Below are positions 1 through 9,174 of a DNA stretch of 22,772 nt, piece after piece. The notes beneath the pieces were generated by a model. It saw only the letters and a list, made by a program, of their open reading frames with translations, did not search any database and was not told the DNA's origin. The stretch spans positions 1-22,772 of the forward strand of contig JAHHIM010000052.1 of NCBI GenBank assembly GCA_019358915.1, written 5' to 3'. The DNA comes from Trichormus sp. ATA11-4-KO1 (GTDB lineage Bacteria > Cyanobacteriota > Cyanobacteriia > Cyanobacteriales > Nostocaceae). The translations under genes were made by a program, and so were the position numbers. Within the stretch, counting starts at the first letter, position 1. The number at the start of each line of letters is the position of its first letter.

Positions 1-127
1 CCCTTGTAAATAATAATGAGTCTGTTTGCAATTAATGTGAGCCGAAGTCTTTTTCTGTTTGCAATTAATGTGAGCCAACAATTTTCTTGTTTGCAAGCCG
101 GAGCGTTTATGTTTGCGAGCCGCAACA
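1..127 (-). mobile_element. End of a DDE transposon (Tn7/Tn5053/Mu-like or IS21-like) inserted in cas1; element extends left beyond the window
   Basis: Minus strand from 127 reads TGTTGCGGCTCGCAAACA...; perfect 23-bp direct repeats TCTGTTTGCAATTAATGTGAGCC at 21-43 and 54-76, partial TGTTTGC copies at 88 and 110; Cas1 similarity stops exactly at the TGT. Confidence 0.7.
21..76. repeat. Two perfect 23-bp direct repeats, putative transposase-binding sites
   Basis: TCTGTTTGCAATTAATGTGAGCC at 21-43 and 54-76, 33-bp period. Confidence 0.9.
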
Positions 128-1491
128 GCTAGAGGTGCAGCTTGCGATCGCGGCTGATGGTAAAAACCCAAGGCAGATTCTAACCCAACAGTTAAGATGG
201 CGTTCATGACATCTTTGAGTAGTAAGGCATAACCAAAACTCAATAAGGCATTGAATCTGTCTTTGGGCGGACGACGATTTCTACCATTAAAGTGCAATTC
301 ACTGGCGACTTCTTGGGAAATCAAACACGGCAGCGCACCAAAATACAAGGCAGCAAGATTCCCTTCTAATCCCAACAAGGATTCCAACGATTTGGCTTGA
401 GGAACTTGTTTGAGTACAGCTTTCATTTGGGCGATCGTTTTACGCAAAGCCTCTGCTCCCCCAGCTTTTCCCCTAGTGCCTCGCATCAAGAACTTGCGTT
501 GTCCCTGACCACGGCAAACTACCAATTTACGGGCTAATTCTAGGCAGGTATCAGGATTACTTAAAGCCGCATACTGACGAATACGGCGTTGAATGCTACC
601 TTGTCGGGTGTCAAAACTACCAAGATAGCGTCCGCCTCCTGAAATAAAATGCACACCAATGCCCTGGTCAGCGCAAAAGTGCAATGCTTGAGTGGAGATT
701 TGCGAGAAGCTGTGCAATACTAGCTGCCCAACCTGACGAGCCGGAACTATTTCAATAGGTTGATTACGACGAGTAATTTTGATTTGTTCTCCTGTTCTAC
801 CAACACAGGTTCCAGGTTCCAAAACATGAATTACCTGCCGTTCATCATCTTCAGGAAACAGGCGAATTGGTTGCCATTCTTTATCATGAGCAAGTCGCGC
901 TTCTTCTGGTAAACAGACCGGAGCTAAAGAACAACGAGCGCATAATCGTTCGTTATTAGTTACTGGTGGTCTATGGGTTGATTGTCTGAGTGCGCGTGCT
1001 TGCTGAATTGCTTGCCTAACTGCTGCTCGTCCTGCATCATCTAATGGTACGTGAATCAGTACATTATCAGAATGGTAGCGAATGCGACCTTCTTTCACTG
1101 TAATTCCCAAGGCAGATTCTAAGAGGAAAGCATAAGCCAAAATTTGTAGGCGATCGCTCTCCCAGGCTTGGGGTTGCTTGTTCTCATCTCGATGACAACG
1201 ACCGCGTTTGTGTTCATAGGGAATTGTTTGCCCGTCACGGGTGCGAAGGGCATCAAGCCTACCACGTAAACCTAGTTCTTCGCTTTCAAGAAAAAGTTCT
1301 TCCCACTCCTCATCTTCTTGCTTTTCAATTTCAGCGTGCAGTCTGCGTCCAGCAAACACGGCTGCGTCTTGGGTGTAAAGTTCCTCGACTTCTTCAAGGT
1401 AGAAAAGGCGCGGGCAGTAGGCGAGAGCGTGGAGGGCAGAAACGCGCAGGGTGGTTTGACCGGATGAGATGGAAACCTCTAGTGTTTGCAT
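128..1491 (-). pseudogene. cas1: Cas4-Cas1 fusion (type I-B MYXAN), interrupted after ~455 aa
   Basis: Missing from the ORF track because the frame stays open to the window edge. Manual translation from ATG 1491: MQTLEVSISSGQTTLRVSALHALAYCPRLFYLEEVE...LRGRLDAL...YEHKRG...LCARCSLAPVC (Cas4 Fe-S cysteines, RecB motif), then LLGLEGNLAALYF...FNGRNRRPPKDRFNALLSFGYALL...GFYHQPRSQAAPLA (Cas1), then non-Cas1 sequence. Confidence 0.9.
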
Positions 1492-1521
1492 AGTAAAAAA
1501 ATTGCATTTCACTTTAAACAC

Positions 1522-1558
1522 AGGGTATGTCACTCACCCGGCAAAATAATTTCCGCCT
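1522..1558 (-). promoter_or_regulatory. Putative WYL-regulated promoter of cas4-cas1
   Basis: Minus strand AGGCGGAAATTATTT-TGCCGG-N10-TACCCT; box 1536-1558 is 20/23 identical to 9130-9152. Confidence 0.75.
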
Positions 1559-1733
1559 TTTTAGTTGAGAGAAAAACAGTGATTCTGCCTTATCAATAAA
1601 GAGAATAAATATTTAATTTTCAAGGTTCAGATTTTTGTAAATTAACTCGAAAAGTCGATAGTTAATGCTAACTAATATTTTACTGAAATCAAGGCGTACA
1701 GTGACTTGTAAATGTACAAAGCTTTAAGAGAAG

Positions 1734-2450
1734 CTACAGCACATCTAAATTAGTAGGTCGTTTGGGTGTCCATGTCCAAGCATCTGGCGGCGGCTCTGAT
1801 GTTGGTTCCTCTAGAGGAGCATATAGTAAGCTAACTGTTTTACTATTATCGGTACGATTAATGTCCACAGTTAAACGATAAGAACCTCGCATGGGTAGAT
1901 TATCTGCTTGCATTTGTATATACCAAAATGTTGGTGGTGGTTCATCAAGAATATCAATTCGGTCAAATAGGAAGTTGTTATCTCCAGCGAAAGGTAAACC
2001 ATAACGGGGTGTGTTTAATTCACCGCACAGCCCTTTTTTAACCTGATTTATTAGCTCTTCTTGTGCTTGCACACCCAGCACCATATCCAGCCCAACTAGT
2101 AACTCTCGGCGAGCCGGAGTAATCCAGTATTTTGCACCTTTTGTACGGGGCTTAAGCTCCTCTTTGCCGGAATTTCCTACCGGATAAGTATGAAGTTGTT
2201 GATAAAGTGTGCAGATTTCGCTTTCACTGCCTGCAACAGTGCCAAACGCCAGCCTTAAACAAGGAATATCCGAGCGAATTGATGTGATTGGCTCAGAGGT
2301 GTGATCACGCATTTCAATGCCAGCCAAATTTAACACTAATCCCAGTGCAGCAGAAGGTGGCATGACTGGAGCCGTTGCCCGATATACTCCTGCTTGAAAT
2401 CCTCGAAAGGCAGCGAATGGAGCACGAATACGTAGCCAAAGGCAATCCAT
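1734..2450 (-). CDS. cas5: CRISPR-associated Cas5 (DevS/Cmx5 type)
   Basis: N-terminal LWLRIRAPFAAFR...PPSAALGLVLNLAG Cas5 motif, PRYGLPFAGDNNF; follows cas7. Confidence 0.92.
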   Translation of the reverse strand: MDCLWLRIRAPFAAFRGFQAGVYRATAPVMPPSAALGLVLNLAGIEMRDHTSEPITSIRSDIPCLRLAFGTVAGSESEICTLYQQLHTYPVGNSGKEELKPRTKGAKYWITPARRELLVGLDMVLGVQAQEELINQVKKGLCGELNTPRYGLPFAGDNNFLFDRIDILDEPPPTFWYIQMQADNLPMRGSYRLTVDINRTDNSKTVSLLYAPLEEPTSEPPPDAWTWTPKRPTNLDVL

Positions 2451-2464
2451 TAGTGTCTGTCTCC

Positions 2465-3343
2465 CTAACTTAAGAACGCATCAGCGATATCAGCCAGTAA
2501 CTTTTGAGGGTTTTCGTAAAGATGCACACCTTCATTTTCAAAATATTCACGCTTTTCGAGTTGCATAGCACGAACGATCTCACCACCAATCCAGAATTCT
2601 TCACCAGGTAAATCGCTAGCTTTGATGCGTCCTAGTTCTGGAAACTGCCCCTTGTCGTCAAAACCATAGGTGTCATAGCCTGCAACTAAGTTTGGTGTGA
2701 GTCTGGCAATAATACTTCTCGGAGCCATTTCATAGTAGCTGCGAGCGTGACCCCCTGCAACATCAGACAGTTGTGCAATTGCTTGAATCAGTGCTTTTGT
2801 CCAATCAGGTTTAACTTGGCAGTCAGAATAAGCCAACGCAAAGGGGTATTGATAAGCAGTGTGAGCTACTTCACGGTGTAGCAGGGCAGATGTTGAAGCA
2901 TTTTTCCAAGGGCTATTACCTGCATTTAAAGGAGATTGATGAAAAGTTGCATCAAAGCGGTAAGCGGTTAGTGCAACTGCCATATTCATTCGTAAAACAC
3001 TGTCTCGCTTAGGCGGTAAACCCTTGTTTTGCTTAATTGCATCTTTGTCTGCTACTAGATACCCAAACAAAAAATCATCAGCATATTTTTCGGCATTAGG
3101 GAACTCTTTGAATTCAACTGCTAGCTGGTCTTGGTCATGCAAGCGAGTGCGATTACAGGGTAGTCCAGCTTTGATTAACATCTCTCGCAGCGCATTTCGC
3201 ATGGATTCTGGGCTAATAACAGTGTATTCTTTATTGCCTTTAGCAATCTTTTGCAGCACAGTGCGGTTTTCTTCGCTCTCACCACGATAGTTTGAACTGG
3301 GTGCAGGATAGGTGAGAATGGTGGCAAATAGGTTCTTGTTCAT
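2465..3343 (-). CDS. cas7: CRISPR-associated Cas7 (Cst2/DevR type)
   Basis: SNYRGE, ISPESMRNALRE and DDFLFGY motifs; lies between cas8 and cas5. Confidence 0.92.
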   Translation of the reverse strand: MNKNLFATILTYPAPSSNYRGESEENRTVLQKIAKGNKEYTVISPESMRNALREMLIKAGLPCNRTRLHDQDQLAVEFKEFPNAEKYADDFLFGYLVADKDAIKQNKGLPPKRDSVLRMNMAVALTAYRFDATFHQSPLNAGNSPWKNASTSALLHREVAHTAYQYPFALAYSDCQVKPDWTKALIQAIAQLSDVAGGHARSYYEMAPRSIIARLTPNLVAGYDTYGFDDKGQFPELGRIKASDLPGEEFWIGGEIVRAMQLEKREYFENEGVHLYENPQKLLADIADAFLS

Positions 3344-3368
3344 AATATTAATACTGAGTTAATTTTGA

Positions 3369-3770
3369 TTAGCTGTTGGCAGAAAGGGCAAGTAACGTGA
3401 GGGTGCGGATGCGATCGCTATCCTCATACAAGGCTTTGGTTAAACTCACGTAGTCCTCTGATCTCATGTGTTGCGGTACTGAGCAAAGTGAAGAAACAAA
3501 GTAATTAATAAAATCTCTTTGCTCAGTACGACTACGAACATCAAGAAATGCAGTTTTAGCAATTTTGGCTTTCTTCTCGGTATACTCCTTGTAGTCAGGA
3601 CGTTTACTTAATTCATTTCGCCCTTCTTTGGCTGACAATAGTGGCTTCCACTCTGCTTTAAATTCCAATTGATATTTAGAATTTAGTTTCCGTCGAACAT
3701 AGTTTTCGACTAATCGAAATACTAATTGTTCAATATTAGTTTCCGTAACTGTTGTGGTTTCTTCATCCAT
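3369..3770 (-). CDS. cas11: Putative Cas11 small subunit translated from an internal start in cas8 (133 aa)
   Basis: In-frame ATG (M431, MDEETTTVTETNIEQLV...) after a linker, with weak SD-like ACGAGAT upstream; internal Cas11 translation is established for I-B/I-C/I-D. Confidence 0.6.
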   Translation of the reverse strand: MDEETTTVTETNIEQLVFRLVENYVRRKLNSKYQLEFKAEWKPLLSAKEGRNELSKRPDYKEYTEKKAKIAKTAFLDVRSRTEQRDFINYFVSSLCSVPQHMRSEDYVSLTKALYEDSDRIRTLTLLALSANS

Positions 3771-5060
3771 AGGTGCTATCTCGTTATTAAATGCTTCTCG
3801 AACGTCACGACAAAAGTAATCATTCTCGATACTTTGCTCATAGGGAAGACTGCACAGCAGAGCATCAAAGCCTGTGTACCAGGAGTGGTGGTTAACCAAG
3901 TTCAGCAGGCGTTGTCGGCGAAACAGAGGACTCCAGTAATTATCACGGATTTGAGCATATTCATCCACCATAGGCTCATCAGGGTCAACTCGAGATATAC
4001 TAAGTAACCTGACGTTATTCCCTCGTTTTTCTGTGTGAATGACATCCACACCCAAGAGGGTATAACCTGTTACTTGCTGTCCTGTTTTAACTGTGAGGCG
4101 AGACCGCAATCGTCGCATCACATCCAAGGCACTTTCAATAGCAAGATCAACTACTGCATCACGGGGGCGATAACCAGAGATTTCCGTACCGCGCTCACTC
4201 AACACCGCAGGTAATTCATCACAAAAAGCGTGAAGGTCAGCAATATCAGGAATTGCTAGAGCATAGCCTACAAAATCTCGGCTACCCTCGGTATTAATCA
4301 CTGCCGGAACATAGATTTGTGCTGTAAACAGCCAGAAGTGCAACAAAAATTGAAAGCGTCCCCGATCCTTGAATGGAACTGTTTCTGCATTAAATGCTTG
4401 TGCGCCCAGGAAATAGGTACTGGGTAGATCAACTGTGAACTCTAGGGGCTGTACTAACTCTTTCCAGATTTTACCTGCATCTTCAGTGTATGTTCCTTCT
4501 GCTCTAGCTTCAAACGGCTTACGAGTTGCTGGAACACCTCGCAAAATATTCCAAACCATGTCTCGCCACAGTTTGATCCAATAGCCATTCTTATTATCTG
4601 AACTTTTGTCATACTGAGAATCAGCTAAAAATGAGCCTTTAGGGACAACGACCGGATAGATATAGACTTTCTTCTTTTTGACTTTCTGCGGATTCTTAGG
4701 GTCAATCTCGTCCCGCTCCTCTTCCCGCAGGGGTGGAATTACTTCTTTTGTTCGTTGATTCTTGAGTGGTTGAGGTCGGGGCTGTTCCTCTGTACTCGCA
4801 GCGTAAACTTCATCAAACAACGCTTCTAAACCTGCTTGATTAATTTCAAGAGTTGCACCCTGGGTATCAAGTCGAGTTATTCGACAAATCGCCCCGTTGT
4901 TTATCTTCTCTTGGAAATCAGGCTGCCGCTCTAGCCACTTGATAATCAGTATCAAACCTGCCAAGCCTGCTCGATGCTGTGAGGAAGGCAGTTCAGCTAG
5001 TTGATAGTCAAGCGATAAAATATCTACTTCTGTGTTTGGTTTTGTTTTCGTCTTAGCCAA
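3369..5060 (-). CDS. cas8: Type I-B large subunit Cas8 (Cmx8)
   Basis: LAELPSSQHRAGLAGL, WIKLWRDMVWNILRG, F.DRGRFQFLLHFW and C-terminal RTLTLLALSANS typical of Cmx8; TTG start overlaps cas3 stop, GAGG RBS. Confidence 0.9.
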   Translation of the reverse strand: MAKTKTKPNTEVDILSLDYQLAELPSSQHRAGLAGLILIIKWLERQPDFQEKINNGAICRITRLDTQGATLEINQAGLEALFDEVYAASTEEQPRPQPLKNQRTKEVIPPLREEERDEIDPKNPQKVKKKKVYIYPVVVPKGSFLADSQYDKSSDNKNGYWIKLWRDMVWNILRGVPATRKPFEARAEGTYTEDAGKIWKELVQPLEFTVDLPSTYFLGAQAFNAETVPFKDRGRFQFLLHFWLFTAQIYVPAVINTEGSRDFVGYALAIPDIADLHAFCDELPAVLSERGTEISGYRPRDAVVDLAIESALDVMRRLRSRLTVKTGQQVTGYTLLGVDVIHTEKRGNNVRLLSISRVDPDEPMVDEYAQIRDNYWSPLFRRQRLLNLVNHHSWYTGFDALLCSLPYEQSIENDYFCRDVREAFNNEIAPMDEETTTVTETNIEQLVFRLVENYVRRKLNSKYQLEFKAEWKPLLSAKEGRNELSKRPDYKEYTEKKAKIAKTAFLDVRSRTEQRDFINYFVSSLCSVPQHMRSEDYVSLTKALYEDSDRIRTLTLLALSANS

Positions 5061-7437
5061 GTTCCACCTCGTCTAAGGGTTTAGTAATAAAGCCGTGATT
5101 CTCGTTATAGTTTCCTTCCCATTGGGCAACCCCTAAATATTTTGGCAGCCAGCAATGCTCTTCAGTTCGTTGATTGGCCCATTTTTTCGGTACGTTAATA
5201 ATGAATTTTTCCTTTTCATATTTTTTGGTAGAATCAATGACTTGTTTGACTACATCTAAATCTCGATCAAGAATGCAAGGCACAGCAAATTCATCTGTAT
5301 CCCGGAAGGAACCAGGGGTTGCATAGTAGCCACTATCTAAGAAGGGAGAACTGCCATCAGCCTTACGTTCCTGGCGCGTGTAATCATCGAAAGCAACCGC
5401 TAGTTGATATTGACTGATTTTGTCTGCACTCGATGATAAGAAAGATAGAAAGGCTTTCGCTTTTTCCAAGTCTTCTTTGTGATAAGGTCTGTCACTAGGA
5501 GGTTTGTAAGTGTACAGTATTGCAAATTCTCTTGTGAGATGTCGGTTAGCACGTCCAAACCTTTGCACCAAAGCTGATACCGGAGCAATTTCCGTAATCA
5601 GTACGTCTGCATCTAGGTCTAAACTCATTTCGCAGACTTGGGTAGTAACTGCGATCGCTCGTTCTGGTACTTTGTCTTTGGAGTAGGCAAAAGCAGCAAC
5701 AGTCTTACTGTGTATTCGTTGGCGATCGCACAGCCTAAACCGACTGTGATAGGTCAATACGCTGGTATTAAGTCGAGTTTCAAGTTTTTGGGCAATCGCC
5801 AAGCACCTATCCACCGTGTTGACGACCCACAACACCCGCAACCTCTGCTCATCATAAGCTGCAACTGCTTTATCAAAAGCAGCACTAAAGTTATCAACAG
5901 GTTCTAAACGATAACGCTCTGCTTCCTCTTTTTCTTTTAAATCCTTGAGCTTTTCCCTATCTACATCTGTGGGAAACACCTTTAACTCTGTCGCAACCAG
6001 TTCATCTCGCCGCGATTTCGGTAATGTTGCTGTCATGCAAAGCACTGGAATATGAAATGTTTGCAAAAAGCTGATTAACGAATCAAACATTGAGCGGTCA
6101 AAGCTATGTACCTCGTCAATAATAACTGCACTATCTGCTAGCACTGGCAGTAAGCATAAACTTTGATAGCTGTGTTCCATAAAGCTGAGGAATTGATCTA
6201 CCGTGGCACTGAAAAAGCGTTTAGACCAAAAGCCCAGAGCATACAGACGCTCATCAGCTTCAGAGCGGAAAGTTTTACCTGCGATCGCCTCATTTGGATT
6301 TTCTGCCATCGCTTCCAGTTCATACCGGGCGGTTCCTGTTATTAACGCGGCATCTGTCTCTGGTGCCCAGCCCACATAATCCCGGAATCCTTCAGTTGCA
6401 GTCCCACGAGTGGGATACAAAAAAATCACTTTTCCAATGTTGTAGATCCCAGATTGCGCTTCTGCCCATTTCCAAGCAGCCAAAGTTTTTCCAGCACCGC
6501 AGGCAGCTAGCAATAATGCTTTTGAGCCTTGCTCGGCAACCTGGTTCTGAAACTCCTGAAAAACAAACGATTTTTTGGTCTTTTCTTCAATTTGCTGAAT
6601 GCGCTTCTGAATAATTTTCTCTGCGATGTCTTTGGGTGTAATCGTCTCACAATGTACAACATCTTCAATCCATCTGGTAATTTCATGTCCTTCTCGTACT
6701 AATCCAGAAGCTGCTGCATCTGACACAATCAACCCAGCTTTGACTGCCACTAAAAACCGTTGGCGCTCTTTGTTTTCTCGAATAGCTCTACCAAATTGAT
6801 CGGCAAAGGTTCTTCCTTTCTTATAAGTTTGTTCCCACACTGAGCCAGCTTTCCAAGGGGTAATCGGTAGGCTAGGAGGTGGATCTAACTTTGCCAATTC
6901 TGCAATTGTGTTGAGTATGCGAGTAACTTCATTATGAATTAGGTACAGTTCTAACGATTTTTTAGATGACTGTGGTTGACACCATCGATAACTTTTACCA
7001 TCCTCCGTTGTTTTCTGATCCCTTCCAGCCTTCAAGTGATGGGACAATACTGCGGCTGTGATGACATCCACATCCAAATTAGAATCTTTAGAAGATAACC
7101 ACTTCCTAACTTCTGGCAGGCAGAGAATTAATGCGCTGAGGTGTTCATGGCGAAGTACCTGTGGCAGAAATTTAGCAGTTGTCACCGCCGCGTAGAAGTC
7201 TTCATTCGCTTTACCAATATCATGAAAAAGTGCAGCTACTTTTAAATTGAGGAGAAACTTTTGTCGTATTGCTTCTCCTTCTAGTTGAAAAAATCGGCAC
7301 CAGTTTTGTCCCCACCGACCGTTTAACCTAAAAATTTGTGTAGCAGCACTCTCGGTATCTCGTAAGTGAGATTCTAAAGTAATATCCTTACCTTGTCGCT
7401 TACTTTTTGCCAATAATTTCTCAGGAAGATTAGGCAT
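5053..7437 (-). CDS. cas3: CRISPR-associated Cas3 HD nuclease-helicase
   Basis: HD motif ALFHDIGK, Walker A AACGAGKT, DEVH, TAT, QRFGRANRH; start set at ATG 7437 (GGAGG RBS, overlaps cas6 stop) rather than 7536. Confidence 0.95.
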   Translation of the reverse strand: MPNLPEKLLAKSKRQGKDITLESHLRDTESAATQIFRLNGRWGQNWCRFFQLEGEAIRQKFLLNLKVAALFHDIGKANEDFYAAVTTAKFLPQVLRHEHLSALILCLPEVRKWLSSKDSNLDVDVITAAVLSHHLKAGRDQKTTEDGKSYRWCQPQSSKKSLELYLIHNEVTRILNTIAELAKLDPPPSLPITPWKAGSVWEQTYKKGRTFADQFGRAIRENKERQRFLVAVKAGLIVSDAAASGLVREGHEITRWIEDVVHCETITPKDIAEKIIQKRIQQIEEKTKKSFVFQEFQNQVAEQGSKALLLAACGAGKTLAAWKWAEAQSGIYNIGKVIFLYPTRGTATEGFRDYVGWAPETDAALITGTARYELEAMAENPNEAIAGKTFRSEADERLYALGFWSKRFFSATVDQFLSFMEHSYQSLCLLPVLADSAVIIDEVHSFDRSMFDSLISFLQTFHIPVLCMTATLPKSRRDELVATELKVFPTDVDREKLKDLKEKEEAERYRLEPVDNFSAAFDKAVAAYDEQRLRVLWVVNTVDRCLAIAQKLETRLNTSVLTYHSRFRLCDRQRIHSKTVAAFAYSKDKVPERAIAVTTQVCEMSLDLDADVLITEIAPVSALVQRFGRANRHLTREFAILYTYKPPSDRPYHKEDLEKAKAFLSFLSSSADKISQYQLAVAFDDYTRQERKADGSSPFLDSGYYATPGSFRDTDEFAVPCILDRDLDVVKQVIDSTKKYEKEKFIINVPKKWANQRTEEHCWLPKYLGVAQWEGNYNENHGFITKPLDEVELG

Positions 7438-8104
7438 CGTAAAACCTCCAGGCACGCGGAAATGGGGTGAAAATGCCACAACCCATGCGATGTTTACCCC
7501 CAAGTCCGAAGGTTTGTAACTTGATGGAGTCCTCATCGTTAAGCCCTGTCACATTGACACTGAACCCGACAACTGAGTAAGTTTTGATTTTAATGGCTTT
7601 ACGGCTCAATTCCCCCTCTTCATTCAAAGGAATTGAAATATTACCTTGAATACCCAGTACATCCAATTGACGTTTAGCTGCTTCTAAAAATGGCTCAGGT
7701 TCTTGAAATTTTTTAATCGTGACAATACGCGATCGCAATTTATCAGTAGAGCGCAAGGGAAAAATTTGAGGAATGCCTAGTTGAATCTCATGGATGCCAA
7801 TAATTAGCCTTTTTCCAGCTAAAGGAAGCACGAGCGAAATTTTGTCTGGTTCGTAGGGCAGGCGAATTTTTAATCGAGATTGCTTGCTGAGGACAATTTT
7901 ACCTTGTCGATCTGGCTTCCCAGAGATAGTTTGGATACTTAACCATTCCTGCTCATGAAGAGCAGGACAAATGTTTGCGATCGCTGAATACAACCCATAG
8001 CCATGATCTGCTGGGAGGGTCTGACCTGAAATTCCAAAGCTCATCTCAACGTCAGGTAAATTGAATTCTTTTATCTGCTGTTCCTCACTCTGACTCGTCA
8101 ACAT
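7430..8104 (-). CDS. cas6: CRISPR-associated endoribonuclease Cas6 (Cmx6)
   Basis: LPADHGYGLYSAI and Gly-rich loop GLGGKHRMGCGIF. Confidence 0.93.
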   Translation of the reverse strand: MLTSQSEEQQIKEFNLPDVEMSFGISGQTLPADHGYGLYSAIANICPALHEQEWLSIQTISGKPDRQGKIVLSKQSRLKIRLPYEPDKISLVLPLAGKRLIIGIHEIQLGIPQIFPLRSTDKLRSRIVTIKKFQEPEPFLEAAKRQLDVLGIQGNISIPLNEEGELSRKAIKIKTYSVVGFSVNVTGLNDEDSIKLQTFGLGGKHRMGCGIFTPFPRAWRFYDA

Positions 8105-8106
8105 AT

Positions 8107-9090
8107 TTAAACTGCTCCTGAAAGAGTGTAATAACTACTCATCGCTTCCACCTCATCTTGAACCATTTGCACCAACTCAGGCGGCCCTTTAACAATCGCT
8201 CCCTTGCCATACCCCAACACCCATCTTTTCAACTCATTTAAACCTGTTACCTGCATTTGCAAAGTAATAGAACCATCAGAATGCTCTTCAATTTCTTGAG
8301 TAGGATGCCAACGTCGTTCCCGCACATAGGGAGCAGTTGAGGTATCAAACCAAATTGCCACAGGTACAGGATTTCCACTGCCTACTTCCGATTGAAAAAT
8401 TTTTTCTAAATGTTCTTTAGCATTGAAAGTTGGATCACGAATAAACTTACTACTGAGTAGTTGTAATTCCTTAATTCTGTCCACACGAAACCAGCGTATA
8501 GCCTGTCGTAGATTACAGAAGCCAATAACATAAGGATTAGTGCCTCTATAAATGTGTAATAAATAAGGGTCTATTACCCTATCGGAACTAGTATTGCGAC
8601 TGGCAGTGTAATAGTGAATTTTGACTTGTTGAGAGTTGCGACACGCTTCAACTAACTGACTCCAAATTTGGGGGTTGAGATAAGTTTCAGCTCCCGCCGT
8701 AAAAATAATTCTTTCATCAGCTATTTGTTGCAAGTCTACCCAACTCTGCTCAGGTAATCGTTCACTTAACCGCAAAATTGCGGAACGTAAATCATTGACG
8801 TAAGCAGACCCAGCATAAGCTTGCAGCATCCTCGCTCCTAAAGTCAAAGCAAATAATTCTCCTTGCGAAAGAGAAATACTAGGCAATCGCCATTCTAGGT
8901 CAGTGTAGTGATGGCCCTTTTTCCGAGTAAACTCTAAAGGTGCATTAAAGCGATCGCGCAAAAAAGCCAAGTCACTGCGAACTGTACGCTCACTAACTTC
9001 TAAAACTTCGGCAAGGCTTTTAGTTGTTGGTCGCGTAGTTGTTCTGAGTAACGAATCAACCTGCAATAATCGCTCTAAATGCCTGGACAT
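8107..9090 (-). CDS. HTH-WYL-WCX transcriptional regulator (PafB/PafC/YafY-like)
   Basis: N-terminal wHTH (LAEVLEVSERTVRSDLAFLR), WYL core (R.IDPY...YVIGFC..RQAIRWFRVDRI), WCX tail (WVLGYG..AIVKGPPEL). Confidence 0.92.
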   Translation of the reverse strand: MSRHLERLLQVDSLLRTTTRPTTKSLAEVLEVSERTVRSDLAFLRDRFNAPLEFTRKKGHHYTDLEWRLPSISLSQGELFALTLGARMLQAYAGSAYVNDLRSAILRLSERLPEQSWVDLQQIADERIIFTAGAETYLNPQIWSQLVEACRNSQQVKIHYYTASRNTSSDRVIDPYLLHIYRGTNPYVIGFCNLRQAIRWFRVDRIKELQLLSSKFIRDPTFNAKEHLEKIFQSEVGSGNPVPVAIWFDTSTAPYVRERRWHPTQEIEEHSDGSITLQMQVTGLNELKRWVLGYGKGAIVKGPPELVQMVQDEVEAMSSYYTLSGAV

Positions 9091-9115
9091 AAATACTTAA
9101 CTAACAATTTACCTG

Positions 9116-9152
9116 ATTCTAAATGAGTTACCCGGCAAAAACACTTCCGCCT
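9116..9152 (-). promoter_or_regulatory. Putative WYL-regulated promoter of the wyl-cas operon
   Basis: Minus strand AGGCGGAAGTGTTTT-TGCCGG-N10-TAGAAT; same box and spacing as upstream of cas4-cas1. Confidence 0.75.
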
Positions 9153-9174
9153 ACAAAAATCTAAAAAAACTCAA

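Noticed and set aside
21..76. 23-bp repeats as a CRISPR mini-array
   Set aside because: Only 10 nt separate the copies, there is no hairpin or GAAAC/AGCAC-type end, and they lie inside a TGT-ended segment; transposase-binding sites fit better
1696..1716. CGTACAGTGACT resembling type V-K CAST ends (TGTACAGTGAC)
   Set aside because: Terminal T is missing, with no repeated TnsB sites and no tns genes; likely chance
7438..7536. Longer cas3 N-terminus from the ORF track
   Set aside because: It overlaps cas6 by 107 bp; ATG 7437 has a GGAGG RBS and typical stop-start coupling
1734..9090. The cas operon as a type I-B CAST effector
   Set aside because: Intact cas3 and a cas4-cas1 are present, no tnsABC/tniQ is in the window, and the transposon end points away from these genes
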